The notes: generated from the sequence alone by a model not told the origin. Shown: positions 35,477 through 45,556, counted from the first letter of the stretch. The stretch is DNA of 64,000 bases from Rhodothermia bacterium (GCA_036985715.1 BTQE01000003.1:201-64200), one strand, 5' to 3'. Numbers and translations are program-made.

Positions 35477-37609
35477 TTGTTACGATCCCTTTTCCTTGCG
35501 GTACTGATTGCCGTAGTTCCGGCATCAAAGCCCGTACTGGCCTTTCAGACCCAGGAACCCCGTGTTCTCTCGCGGATGACGATCCTTCCGCCCGACCACT
35601 TGGAGCTCGAAGATGAGTTGTTCGCGGATTACGCGGCTCCGGACTCTCTGACTGAAGCCCAGCTGCTCGCTCGACTGGCGAGATTGTACGAGTTCCAGGC
35701 CGAAGTACTTGCAGCGATGGCTCTTGGCCAGGAGGACGACATATCGCCGCTACTGGAGGGCGCTCTTACGGACGTGTCTGAGCTTTTACGGCATCAATAT
35801 GTTCGCGAAGAACCGCGCTTCATGGAAGTCTATCAAGTCCTGGTGAGTGAATATGAGCGCCAATTCGGGATTTCCGACACCTTATTCCTGGCTTATGGTG
35901 ATATTTTCGACACGAGATCAGATGTGTTCACTGCGCTTGAGAAAGTTCGAAACCCACTCCTTGAGAATGTCTTCACCCCGGAGCTTCAGCCGCTTCAGAC
36001 CACCGTCCCCATGACCCTGAATCGTCTCGTGGAAAGCACCATGCAGACGCTTCTCAAGACACCGAATCGGCATCTCAATCGTTGGTTGGAACGGGCGGAC
36101 ACCTATTTCCCGATGATCGAAAGGATCTTCAGAGAAGAAGGGATTCCGGACGAGTTGAAATACCTGGCAATGATCGAGTCCGGTCTGAACCCGAAGGCGA
36201 GGAGCTGGGCCCGAGCCGTTGGCATGTGGCAGTTTATTGCCGGCACGGGGAGAGCCTACGGCCTTGAGATAAATGCGTGGGTTGATGAGAGAATGGATCC
36301 TGAGAAATCCACCCGCGCCGCCGCGAAGCACCTGAAAGATCTATACGCGCGATACGGCGACTGGCAGATCGCCCTGGCAGGTTATAATTGCAGTCCGCGG
36401 TGCGTCAAACGTGCGATTAACCGGTCCAAATCGGACGGAAACACGGTTCCGACGTATTGGGATATTTATCGATACCTGCCCCGAGAGACGAGAGGATACG
36501 TTCCGATGTACATCGCCACCTCTTTCATTATCTCAAATCCCAATGCGTTTGACTTGAAACAGGGTGAACCCGGTCCGGTTTATGAATATCAGCTTGTCCC
36601 GGTTCAGGGAATGTTATCGCTACGCGAAATCGCCGATCTGGCCGGGACCGATCTTTCGACGATGAGAGCACTCAATCCCAGTCTTCGACGCTCCACGCTA
36701 CCCCCGTCGACCGGACCATTTTATTTAAGAATTCCTGTTGGGACTGCGGATCAATTTTTCGCCGCCTACGACGCTCTCCCCGAGTCGGTCAAAAAACCGG
36801 CAGGAGAATACGTGGTTCGACGCGGAGATACGCTCGGTGAAATCGGAACGCGGTATGGTGTGAGTGTGTCGAGACTCATGCAGAAGAACGGACTCCGGAG
36901 CACTCGAATCCGGATTGGTCAGCGATTGATCGTGCCTTTATTCGATTATAGCCAGACACTCCCTGAAATTACCGACGCCACAGGAACACTGGTGCAATAC
37001 GGTCGGCGTTCAACGCGTCCAATCGTGTCAGCGGTTCGGTCACTAAGGTCGGCCGCTTCGACCTCTTCACGAATCGTTCCTGCAAGAACAACCTCTGGTC
37101 CTTCTCAATCGTCGACGTCCAATGTACCCAGTGGAAAAATCCGAACTGTTTACACCGTAAGACGCGGTGATACACTGGGTAAAATTGCCAGTCGGTTCAA
37201 GGTATCGGTTTCCCAACTCCAATCTTGGAACAATCTGCGCGGAACACGAATCATTTCGGGAGCAAGGCTATCGATTTTTACAGATCCGAGGCCGGCACCG
37301 ACTTCGGGACAGAATACCTACGTTGTAAAATCCGGTGACACGTTGTCGAAAATCGCTGCTCGGCACGGAGTCACCGTCACGAATCTCCGCCAGTGGAATG
37401 GAATAGCCGGTTCCAGGATTCGGATAGGACAGCGACTCAATATTCGCTCTACGTCGGGATCCGAAATAGTAACCCATACCGTCCGTAGAGGGGACACGCT
37501 CATCGGCATCGCAAGCCGATATGCCGTAACAGTCGCAAAGATTAAGAAATGGAATGCGCTTCGGGGTAACACGATTCGCGTGGGGCAGAAGCTGAGCATC
37601 TTTCGATAG
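35477..37609 (+). CDS. MltD-like lytic murein transglycosylase with four C-terminal LysM domains
   Basis: 710 aa, TTG start, signal peptide. SLT catalytic block: MIESGLNPKARSWARAVGMWQFIAGTG. Four LysM repeats: YVVRRGDTLGEIG.., YTVRRGDTLGKIA.., YVVKSGDTLSKIA.., HTVRRGDTLIGIA... Confidence 0.85.
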   Translation: MLRSLFLAVLIAVVPASKPVLAFQTQEPRVLSRMTILPPDHLELEDELFADYAAPDSLTEAQLLARLARLYEFQAEVLAAMALGQEDDISPLLEGALTDVSELLRHQYVREEPRFMEVYQVLVSEYERQFGISDTLFLAYGDIFDTRSDVFTALEKVRNPLLENVFTPELQPLQTTVPMTLNRLVESTMQTLLKTPNRHLNRWLERADTYFPMIERIFREEGIPDELKYLAMIESGLNPKARSWARAVGMWQFIAGTGRAYGLEINAWVDERMDPEKSTRAAAKHLKDLYARYGDWQIALAGYNCSPRCVKRAINRSKSDGNTVPTYWDIYRYLPRETRGYVPMYIATSFIISNPNAFDLKQGEPGPVYEYQLVPVQGMLSLREIADLAGTDLSTMRALNPSLRRSTLPPSTGPFYLRIPVGTADQFFAAYDALPESVKKPAGEYVVRRGDTLGEIGTRYGVSVSRLMQKNGLRSTRIRIGQRLIVPLFDYSQTLPEITDATGTLVQYGRRSTRPIVSAVRSLRSAASTSSRIVPARTTSGPSQSSTSNVPSGKIRTVYTVRRGDTLGKIASRFKVSVSQLQSWNNLRGTRIISGARLSIFTDPRPAPTSGQNTYVVKSGDTLSKIAARHGVTVTNLRQWNGIAGSRIRIGQRLNIRSTSGSEIVTHTVRRGDTLIGIASRYAVTVAKIKKWNALRGNTIRVGQKLSIFR

Positions 37610-37784
37610 ACTGCGTCTTCGGGCCCTTCGACGCTGCAACCGATCGCTCCAATTCTCGTCTACTACTCGCCTATGCAAGGACACTCGGCGTGTGAATCCA
37701 CCCGGTGTGCGATTTTTCCTTGGATGCAATAAATCTCGACACTGATGCGTTCATAGAGCGAACTGAACGTCAGACGACTGGAAG

Positions 37785-38429
37785 ATGGCTTTCCCGCAGC
37801 GGGTAGAAGACCGGATAAGTTTACTGAATCCATCGGATGAAGAACTGGTGTCGGCATACGTCGACCAGGGTGACGAACGTGCGTTCCGAATGCTGGTGGA
37901 GCGACACCAGGAAAGAGTATTTGGTTTTCTATACGGGATGGTTCGTGATCGAAGTGTTGCCAATGACCTTTTTCAGGAAACGTATATCCGAGTCATCTCA
38001 GCTCTTCAGAAACAACGGGCGTCGTACTCTCAACAGGGCCGATTTCTGGGCTGGGTGTTGAGAATAGCCAGGAACGCAGCACTCGACCATCTGCGCAGTA
38101 GAAAACGTTGGCAGGACGTGTCGACGACCGCTGACGACCTGGATACCTCTTTTTGGGATCGGCTTCCTGATAACGGACTTTCTTCTGATGTTGTGCTGCA
38201 CAACTCCGAGCAAGAGAGTTTCGTGCGAGAATGCATCGATGAACTACCTCCCGAACAGCGGGAAGTGTTGCTTCTGCGTCACGAAGCTGATTTGACGTTT
38301 AGAGAAATTGCAGAACTGACTGATTGTTCGATTAATACGGCACTTGGACGAATGCGATATGCCCTTCATAACCTGAGAGGCATCATTTCTTCGTCAGACA
38401 AAGTGGAATTATCAGAATTCGGTACCTGA
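37785..38429 (+). CDS. ECF-type RNA polymerase sigma-70 family factor
   Basis: 214 aa. Region 2: FRMLVERHQERVFGFLYGMV..DLFQETYIRV. Region 4 HTH: EVLLLRHEADLTFREIAELTDCSINTALGRMRYAL. Confidence 0.85.
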   Translation: MAFPQRVEDRISLLNPSDEELVSAYVDQGDERAFRMLVERHQERVFGFLYGMVRDRSVANDLFQETYIRVISALQKQRASYSQQGRFLGWVLRIARNAALDHLRSRKRWQDVSTTADDLDTSFWDRLPDNGLSSDVVLHNSEQESFVRECIDELPPEQREVLLLRHEADLTFREIAELTDCSINTALGRMRYALHNLRGIISSSDKVELSEFGT

Positions 38430-38454
38430 CCGAAGGAAGAAACGGTAGACCGTT

Positions 38455-39093
38455 ATGGAAGAAAAAAAGAGTATTCTACTCCATCTTTACGGAGAAAAAG
38501 ACGCGGAAGGAGATCTGCGTTCTTTGTTGAAAGACGAAGAACTACAGAGTGAGCATCAAGCGCTGAGTGAGGTAAAATTTCATCTTGACCACCTGGGTCG
38601 GTCAAAACCAGATGCGACTAGCATTGATCGGGTTGTGGCGCACGCAGCAAGAGCGTCCGCGTCAACCGAAATTGGTGATCGACGGGGTGACCGACCTCCG
38701 TTGTGGCGTACAAGACCCATTCGAAAGGTTCTGATTCCTGCCATGTCTCTTGCTGCGGTGATTGTCATCGCTGTTTGGTTCGGATATTTTTCGTCTACGA
38801 CGGACGAGGCTCTACCCGCAAGCGCACAGATTGCAGCTGACGAAATGACTGCGGAAGCGGAATCATTGCTCCGCGCCAGACCCGTCGTTTCAGGCCACGC
38901 CGTCGTCAGCACTGGTCGCGCCACGGATCCACTCCTGGTCTGGAACTATGCAGAGTCTTTGAGAGAACTCTCAAGACGGATCGAAACTATGCGTCCAGCC
39001 GACGATCTGGATTGGGGAGCCCGATCGATCCCGTTGGAAACGCTACCCGGAGGTACGCAGCCAGGCATTCACCAGGCATCTTCACGGCGATAG
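38455..39093 (+). CDS. Putative single-pass anti-sigma factor
   Basis: 212 aa, 25 nt downstream of the sigma gene. One central TM (VLIPAMSLAAVIVIAVWFGYF). No zf-HC2 cysteines. The call is positional. Confidence 0.45.
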   Translation: MEEKKSILLHLYGEKDAEGDLRSLLKDEELQSEHQALSEVKFHLDHLGRSKPDATSIDRVVAHAARASASTEIGDRRGDRPPLWRTRPIRKVLIPAMSLAAVIVIAVWFGYFSSTTDEALPASAQIAADEMTAEAESLLRARPVVSGHAVVSTGRATDPLLVWNYAESLRELSRRIETMRPADDLDWGARSIPLETLPGGTQPGIHQASSRR

Positions 39094-39220
39094 TTGACTC
39101 AAGTATTTGAAAATTGGAGAAGGATATACGAACGGCAGACGATCAATCGTTTCTAAACAAATAGTAAAATTGATTTTAGGGCTCGACCCGTTAACTGATT
39201 AGGTCTCTGAACTAGGTAGA

Positions 39221-40132
39221 ATGATGAGAAAACGTACAATGTGGGTGCCGGCTTTCGCGTTCGCATACTTTTTGCTTGTGCAATCGTCCGTAAACGTACT
39301 CGCCCAGGAAACGATGCACGTGGTGACGATTGCAGACGGCAATGTTCTCATCGACGGAAAACAGGTTCCCACAAGCGAGCTTCCGCCTTCTCTAAAGATC
39401 CGCAATCGAGACCTTCGTTGGAGTTTTCAAGGTGATGCGCTCCTGGAGCTGAACGGTACGGTCTACCAGTTACTCGATGGAAAACTGGTAGAAGCGGACG
39501 ACGAAATTGCCAGAGACGGTCGTGTTGTAGTGTTCTTTCGCGATCCTGATGACGAGAATTCGATGGTTCGGGTCCTGACCAGAAATGAACGCCAGAGTTA
39601 CGACGTACATGGCCGCAACGAACCCTCTGGTGTCGTGATGGAGAATTACACGACGGCACTAAACGATAAGGCGAAAGAATTCGAGATTATTCGGAAGCAG
39701 ATAGCCGAAAAAAAAGGTGACCAAACGCTTATTCTGGCTGAAAAACTACAACTTCAGGCGGAAAATGCGGCACGGATCGCAATGTCATTCCCTCGCGTGG
39801 AATTTGAAAGCTACCTGAGTGGAATTCACGATCAGAATTTGAATCTGTACGGCGAGTTAGTCCGCGAACACGACATGGAGGAGAATACACACCGACTCGC
39901 CATGGAGGCCCGGGCCGCCGGTAATGCTGGTCAACGGCAGAAGATTATTGAAGAGCTTAGAAAACGACTCTACGAAGCGTTCGAGCTGAAACAGCAGAAT
40001 CGCGAACAGGAAATTGAACAGCTTGCAAGCAGGCTTCAGGAATTACGTGAAAAGCTAGGTCAACGCTCTGATCTCCGCCAACGGATTATTGAGAGTAGGC
40101 TGAAGGAACTCCTCGGCGAACTCGACTGGTAG
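39221..40132 (+). CDS. Secreted coiled-coil protein, paralog A (C-terminus ..GELDW)
   Basis: 303 aa with a signal peptide (..VNVLAQE), an N-terminal beta segment VVTIADGNVLIDGKQV and a long charged heptad-like C-terminus. Confidence 0.6.
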   Translation: MMRKRTMWVPAFAFAYFLLVQSSVNVLAQETMHVVTIADGNVLIDGKQVPTSELPPSLKIRNRDLRWSFQGDALLELNGTVYQLLDGKLVEADDEIARDGRVVVFFRDPDDENSMVRVLTRNERQSYDVHGRNEPSGVVMENYTTALNDKAKEFEIIRKQIAEKKGDQTLILAEKLQLQAENAARIAMSFPRVEFESYLSGIHDQNLNLYGELVREHDMEENTHRLAMEARAAGNAGQRQKIIEELRKRLYEAFELKQQNREQEIEQLASRLQELREKLGQRSDLRQRIIESRLKELLGELDW

Positions 40133-40160
40133 ATCAAAACGACTATTACTGAACAAATAC

Positions 40161-40901
40161 ATGCACGATTTAAGCACAATGACTAATAAACTGACACACG
40201 CCGCCAGAGTACTTGGTGCACTCGCGCTACTCGTACTGCTGGCATTCCCCGCGAGAGCCCAGGAATCCGAGGAGATCGATGTGAATCGCATCGAAGTCAA
40301 AGATGGAAAGGTCTACGTAAACGGCGAAGTAGTGAAAGAGCTCGACAACAAGGATCTGCCGATCCGTTTCTCCAAAGACGGGGATCATGGGTTTGCGTTT
40401 TTCCGTGGAGATGGAGAAGGTGGTTTCGGAAACTTTGCTTTTCGATCACCGCGCCTGTTGAAATCTCTGGACAACGAACCGTTTGCCGTTTGGGAAGGCG
40501 ACGACCTTCGCCATGAAATGAATGATTTCGACTTCTCGATGGAATTGGAGCCGCTTCACGAGAGCTTTGAAGTGATGACGGACGGGACATTTGGATCTTT
40601 TATGATAGGATCCGGAAGCAACGGTGAGATTCGAAAGCTGGAGAGAAAATCTCGAGAACTTGCCCGGAAGATTCGGCGGTCGGAAAACGGAGAAAATGCC
40701 GAGCTCAATGAAGAACTTGAAGCTCTCGTCAATCAGATATTTGACCTGAAGCTCGAAGCCCAGCAGGAACGTATCAGCAAAATCTCGGCTGACCTCGAAC
40801 AGCTTCGTCAGCAGGTCCAGGAACGCAGCGCCTCTCGCGATCAAATTGTTCAGCGGCGCCTGAGCCAACTCCGGGGGGAACGAGATACGCTCGATTGGTA
40901 A
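40161..40901 (+). CDS. Secreted coiled-coil protein, paralog B (C-terminus ..DTLDW)
   Basis: 246 aa (alternative start MTNKL at 40179) with a signal peptide (..AFPARAQE). The segment IEVKDGKVYVNGEVV and the C-terminal coiled coil both align by eye with paralog A. Confidence 0.6.
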   Translation: MHDLSTMTNKLTHAARVLGALALLVLLAFPARAQESEEIDVNRIEVKDGKVYVNGEVVKELDNKDLPIRFSKDGDHGFAFFRGDGEGGFGNFAFRSPRLLKSLDNEPFAVWEGDDLRHEMNDFDFSMELEPLHESFEVMTDGTFGSFMIGSGSNGEIRKLERKSRELARKIRRSENGENAELNEELEALVNQIFDLKLEAQQERISKISADLEQLRQQVQERSASRDQIVQRRLSQLRGERDTLDW

Positions 40902-40941
40902 AATCGCTTAGCGAATGAATGAATAACCCGTGTTTGAATAA

Positions 40942-40996
40942 GCCGCAGTGTGCGGCCCGGCCCCGATGCGATTTTTGCATCGGGGCTCTTCTTTTC
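40942..40996 (+). terminator. Rho-independent terminator (tandem hairpins) ending the ECF module
   Basis: First hairpin: GCCGCA-gtg-TGCGGC (40942-40956). Second hairpin: perfect 9-bp stem CCCCGATGC-gattttt-GCATCGGGG (40961-40985), followed by CTCTTCTTTTC. Confidence 0.75.
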
Positions 40997-41155
40997 GAAG
41001 ACACGTCACTCGCCTGATAATTTGCTTCCCGGGCCAACTGAGACATTTATCACGGTTCTTTTTCGTCATGTCAAAATTTTACTACGTCCATTATCTGCCG
41101 ATACCTGTCCTGTAGATACCGCGCTGAACTCGACGACGTTTACGAGTTCGGACAT

Positions 41156-42712
41156 ATGGTGAATGACTTCAGGCAACGTCGTTTGATTCCAATGACAAGG
41201 CGAGCTGCTCATACATATTCTTCCGCGCGAAGAGTGGTCGTACTCCTCTTCGTGTCGGTCTCTGTTATGATGACAGTCGGATCATCGGTCTCCGACCGGG
41301 GCACCGCCCAAATCGATCGAATATCCTTTTCCCCCACCGGCGAGTCAGAATATCATCTTCGTCTTCACAGCGACGATGAAATTCCATGGTTCAGTACCAC
41401 CGACCTGGAAGAGATGGAGGGACTCAGGCTTACGTTGCTCAACACCCGACTCGCACCCGACCCCGTGCTGGAGACAGCCGAAGGGCCCGTTCAAGGCTAC
41501 ACTGTCCGAGAGGAGAATGGGAAAGTGTTGTTGGATGTCGTATTTACGGTTCCAGGTCTGAATACGGCCGTTCACCAGGATCCCGACAGCTTCGACATGA
41601 TACTCGTGATCACCGGCGACTTCAATCTTCCATCCGTCAAGAGTCTGTCGCTTGCCGAGTTGCTTTCGTCCTCACAATCCGATTCGATTGATACGGTATC
41701 TCTGATGCCAGGGACACCAGAAGATCTGATCGACTCTTCCACCCTGTCACGAGAGAGCCGCCCGAGCACGCCCATACCGAATCGGATCTCGGTCGCCGGT
41801 CCGGCTGCGCTTCCCAGGAGAGCCGACATTGCAAACATCGAAAAATCATCTAAGGGTAAATCGAACGGAATCGCCGGTTCAACGCCCGAGACCGTAGTAA
41901 GCGACATGGATCGGCTGTTCGCCAGTGCGCTGAGTAAAAACGCTCCATCGAAGCAGGAAAAATCGTCGGTGGACAACCGTCAATCGAACACACCCGGTAG
42001 TCAGTGGAAATTGGATACGATCGTAATCGATGCCGGACACGGAGGATGGGATGAAGGAGCATTCGGACCGGGCGGTACGCTCGAGAAAGACCTTGCACTT
42101 GATCTGGCGATGGAACTTGGACAGTTGTTGAGCAAAAAGCTTGGCGTCAATGTCGTATACACGCGTACAGACGATCGTTTCATTTCTCTGGCAGAGAGAG
42201 GTCGTATAGCCAATCAAGCTGGTGGCAAGCTGTTTCTTTCTATTCATGCGAACTCATCCAAGTATCGATCGGCTCGAGGAACGGAGACGTTCTTCCTGGG
42301 AATTCACCGATCTGATTCCGCACAAGTTGTGATGGAGCGCGAAAATGAAGTCATAAAATTGGAATCAGACAGCGATCAGTATCGCAAGTATACCCAGGCT
42401 TCGCTGGCTCGACAGGCACTGGCGCAGAGCTCGTTCATGCGTCACAGTGAAAGGCTCGCCGAGGTCGTACAGAAACACTTCCGAGACGGTGCGATTAGAC
42501 GGGATCGCGGAGTGAAGCAGGCCGGGTTTTATGTCCTGTTCGGAGCGTCCATGCCCGCTGTTTTGATTGAATTGGGATTCCTGACCAATCCGTATGAGGA
42601 GAGATTCCTCGCCTCCGCCGACGGGCAAACGTCAATGGCGAATGCTATCTTCCGAGCAGTAGAAACCTTTAAGCTCGAATACGAGAAGTCGCTTCAAATT
42701 GCTTCTCAGTAG
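41156..42712 (+). CDS. N-acetylmuramoyl-L-alanine amidase (Amidase_3, AmiC-like) with a long N-terminal region
   Basis: 518 aa (alternative start at 41192). The C-terminal catalytic domain carries IVIDAGHGGWDEGA, FLSIHANS and AVLIELGFLTN. Confidence 0.8.
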   Translation: MVNDFRQRRLIPMTRRAAHTYSSARRVVVLLFVSVSVMMTVGSSVSDRGTAQIDRISFSPTGESEYHLRLHSDDEIPWFSTTDLEEMEGLRLTLLNTRLAPDPVLETAEGPVQGYTVREENGKVLLDVVFTVPGLNTAVHQDPDSFDMILVITGDFNLPSVKSLSLAELLSSSQSDSIDTVSLMPGTPEDLIDSSTLSRESRPSTPIPNRISVAGPAALPRRADIANIEKSSKGKSNGIAGSTPETVVSDMDRLFASALSKNAPSKQEKSSVDNRQSNTPGSQWKLDTIVIDAGHGGWDEGAFGPGGTLEKDLALDLAMELGQLLSKKLGVNVVYTRTDDRFISLAERGRIANQAGGKLFLSIHANSSKYRSARGTETFFLGIHRSDSAQVVMERENEVIKLESDSDQYRKYTQASLARQALAQSSFMRHSERLAEVVQKHFRDGAIRRDRGVKQAGFYVLFGASMPAVLIELGFLTNPYEERFLASADGQTSMANAIFRAVETFKLEYEKSLQIASQ

Positions 42713-42736
42713 CAGAATCGTAGAGATTGTGCCATT

Positions 42737-43258
42737 ATGATGGATCGCCTGACCCAGGCCGTTCGTACCGTCGCTGATTTTCCGTCTCCTGGAATTCAAT
42801 TCAAGGACATAACGCCGATTCTGTTAGATTCGAAGCTGCTTCGGTTCGCGGTTGATTGCCTGGCGGATCCATATCGCAATGCCGGAATTACGAAAGTAGT
42901 CGGTATCGAAGCGCGCGGTTTCATTCTCGGTGCCATGTTGGCTGATGAACTGGACGCGGGATTTATCCCGGTGCGCAAGAAAGGAAAGCTTCCTTATACC
43001 ACAATCGTGGAGACCTATTCGCTGGAATACGGCACGGACACGATCGAAATGCATATCGATGCTATTCATGAAACAGATCGGGTTCTGATTCACGACGATG
43101 TGATTGCGACGGGGGGTACTGCGGCTGCAACACATCGCCTCGTTACGTTTGGAGGAGGCTGTGTCGCCGGATATTCATTTCTGGTGGAAATCCTGGATCT
43201 AAAAGGCCGCGACCTGCTTGAGAATACCATACCGGTACATTCCCTTCTTAGATACTGA
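42737..43258 (+). CDS. apt: Adenine phosphoribosyltransferase
   Basis: 173 aa with DFPSPGIQFKDITPIL, GIEARGFILG and the PRPP loop VLIHDDVIATGGTAAA. Confidence 0.9.
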   Translation: MMDRLTQAVRTVADFPSPGIQFKDITPILLDSKLLRFAVDCLADPYRNAGITKVVGIEARGFILGAMLADELDAGFIPVRKKGKLPYTTIVETYSLEYGTDTIEMHIDAIHETDRVLIHDDVIATGGTAAATHRLVTFGGGCVAGYSFLVEILDLKGRDLLENTIPVHSLLRY

Positions 43259-43279
43259 GCCAATCTGAGCGCGAATGCC

Positions 43280-43681
43280 TCATCGCACCGCCGTGCAAGA
43301 AATCTCTACACGAGCACCTCTGGGAAGAGCAGCGACCTGAACGGCTTCTCGGGCGGGCGCATCCTCGCCGAAGTATCGCGCATAAATCTCGTTGACCTGC
43401 CCGTAATCGCTGATATCAGTCAGATACACACGACACTGGACGACGTGCTCCATCTCTAGATCTGCTGCGTGAAGAAGCGCCAGGAGGTTGTTGAGAACCT
43501 GCTCCGTTTCGGCTTCGATACCGTCTGAGAGCATATGACCCGTCGCGGGGTCGATCGCGATCTGCCCTGAGCAGTAAAGAGTATCGCCCACCATAATGGC
43601 CTGGCTATATGGTCCAATGGCTGCCGGAGCCCCCGATGTCTTTATTCGGGACCGCTCGACGGATACATCTTTTCTTCCCAT
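43280..43681 (-). CDS. ridA: RidA/YjgF-family reactive-intermediate deaminase
   Basis: 133 aa with APAAIGPYSQAI, TLYCSGQI and AREAVQVAALPRGARVEI. Confidence 0.85.
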   Translation of the reverse strand: MGRKDVSVERSRIKTSGAPAAIGPYSQAIMVGDTLYCSGQIAIDPATGHMLSDGIEAETEQVLNNLLALLHAADLEMEHVVQCRVYLTDISDYGQVNEIYARYFGEDAPAREAVQVAALPRGARVEISCTAVR

Positions 43682-43799
43682 ACGATTTACTACACCGCGT
43701 ATCTTTGTCTAAACATTGGTTGTTGAGTTGACTGCTAAATTGAAGCGTACAAGAGCACAACACAAGCGAATATTCTTCTAAGAACAAACGACCTACGGT

Positions 43800-44600
43800 A
43801 TGGATTTCGGACTGGAGGGCGCTTCCGCGTTCGTCGCAGGGGCAAGTAGCGGCCTCGGCAAGGCGATTGCGACGGAACTGGTTTCGGAGGGCTGTCATGT
43901 GGCAATTTGCTCGCGAGATCAGGCTCGAGTTGAAGCGGCTGCCGAGGATCTCAATCAATTGGGAAAAGGTCGCACGTTGCCAGTCGTTTGTGATGTGACG
44001 GTTGAAGACCAGATTCAGGCTGCCCTTCAGCTAGCGGCGGAGGCCTTGGGCGGGCTCAACATCCTGGTGACAAACGCAGGTGGTCCTCCATCGGGCTTCG
44101 TAGAAGATTTTGATGCCGAAGCCTGGCGCGACGCGCTAGAGCTGAATTTGATGAGTACGATCAATCTGTCGCGACATGCGCTGCCCTTTCTTCGGGCTGC
44201 AGCGAAAGACAGTTTTGCAAGGATCCTGATGGTCACGTCATTGACATCCAAACAGCCCGTACCCAGCCTTTATTTGTCAAACGTGTCGCGGGCAGGGGTT
44301 CAGGGATTCGCGAAAAGCCTTTCGGAAGAGCTTGGGCCGGAGGGTATCACGGTCAACACGATTCTACCCGGGTACACACGAACGGACCGACTTCGTCATT
44401 TATCTGAAGCCCAGAGTGAACGCTCCGGCAAGTCCATTGAGGAAATCGAGGCTGATTGGGGACAAAACTGCGCCCTCAAGAGGATCGGTACCGAAACCGA
44501 GATTGCCGCAGCGGCAACCTTTCTTCTGAGTCGCAGAGCGAGCTATATCACGGGTATCGCACTTTCGGTGGATGGAGGGGCGGTAAAGTCGTTGCTGTAG
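43800..44600 (+). CDS. Short-chain dehydrogenase/reductase (SDR) family protein
   Basis: 266 aa with the cofactor motif VAGASSGLGKAIA and NAGG. By-eye alignment puts SNVSR where the canonical YxxxK is expected, so it is possibly atypical. Confidence 0.75.
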   Translation: MDFGLEGASAFVAGASSGLGKAIATELVSEGCHVAICSRDQARVEAAAEDLNQLGKGRTLPVVCDVTVEDQIQAALQLAAEALGGLNILVTNAGGPPSGFVEDFDAEAWRDALELNLMSTINLSRHALPFLRAAAKDSFARILMVTSLTSKQPVPSLYLSNVSRAGVQGFAKSLSEELGPEGITVNTILPGYTRTDRLRHLSEAQSERSGKSIEEIEADWGQNCALKRIGTETEIAAAATFLLSRRASYITGIALSVDGGAVKSLL

Positions 44601-44602
44601 GT

Positions 44603-45556
44603 ATGCGGGCACTCCTGACGTTTTCGATGGTAGCTCTCTCGCTTCAGTTGAGCCCATTCATAGCGATGGCGCAGATCGGAGGGCCTTCTCAAGGTCCATT
44701 CATCCTGGTACTTGGCATCGCACAGGATGCCGGCGTCCCACAGTCAGGCGATCACACTCATCCCGGATGGACCGATCCGGAATATGCTCATCTCGCGACG
44801 AGCCTGGGATTGGTTGATCCGAATTCGGGAAAGAAATGGATGTTCGATGCAAGTCCGGATTTTCGCCAGCAGTGGTATTTGCTCGAACGAACAGAACCGT
44901 CATCCAACCAACTGACTCCAGACGGAATATTTCTCACTCACGCGCATATCGGACACTACACGGGACTTATGTTCTTGGGGCACGAATCTATAGGAGCGTC
45001 GAGCGTATCGGTCTACGCGATGCCCCTCATGGCCGAATTTCTGGAGCTTAACGGTCCGTGGGAGCAGCTGGTCCGTTATCAAAATATTCGCTTGCGCCGA
45101 ATGGGTGAAAATATTCCAGTGCGACTGACTAATGAGATTCAGGTGATTCCGTTTTTAGTTCCCCACCGTCAGGAATACTCAGAGGTTGTGGGCTATCGAA
45201 TTGAGGGACCCAATCGAACAGCCCTCTTTATTCCTGATATCGATAGCTGGGAAGAGTGGGACGACCAAGGCCGTCGGTTAGAAGGCGTTTTGCAATCCGT
45301 CGATCTCGCATTCATAGACGGCTCCTTTTTCGCGAATGGAGAAATCCCAGGGAGAGATATGAGCGGGTTTCCGCATCCGTTTATCTCCCAAACCATGAAT
45401 CGCTTGAAAAACCTACCAGACACTCAACGCGCAAAAATCAGATTCATTCATCTGAATCATACGAATCCTGCTCTGAATCTGGAATCGGAAGCCGCGAAGT
45501 CTGTAATAGACGCTGGGTTCGGCTTGGCTCGACGTCTTGAGCGATATGATCTATGA
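44603..45556 (+). CDS. Secreted MBL-fold metallo-hydrolase, PqqB-like
   Basis: ORF 44456..45556 trimmed to the ATG at 44603 (MRALLTFSMVALSLQLSPFIAMAQ signal). Variant metallo-beta-lactamase motif LTHAHIGHYTG. Its length and pattern recall PqqB. Confidence 0.55.
   Translation: MRALLTFSMVALSLQLSPFIAMAQIGGPSQGPFILVLGIAQDAGVPQSGDHTHPGWTDPEYAHLATSLGLVDPNSGKKWMFDASPDFRQQWYLLERTEPSSNQLTPDGIFLTHAHIGHYTGLMFLGHESIGASSVSVYAMPLMAEFLELNGPWEQLVRYQNIRLRRMGENIPVRLTNEIQVIPFLVPHRQEYSEVVGYRIEGPNRTALFIPDIDSWEEWDDQGRRLEGVLQSVDLAFIDGSFFANGEIPGRDMSGFPHPFISQTMNRLKNLPDTQRAKIRFIHLNHTNPALNLESEAAKSVIDAGFGLARRLERYDL

Noticed and set aside
37759-39156. Possible shared ECF promoter motif (CGAAC..CAGACGA at 37759-37777 and 39129-39142, with CGTT at 39148)
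   Set aside because: There are only two instances. The AAC-to-CGT spacing (14 nt) is shorter than the canonical ECF spacing, and the first instance is too close to the sigma start codon. This is not enough to call a promoter.
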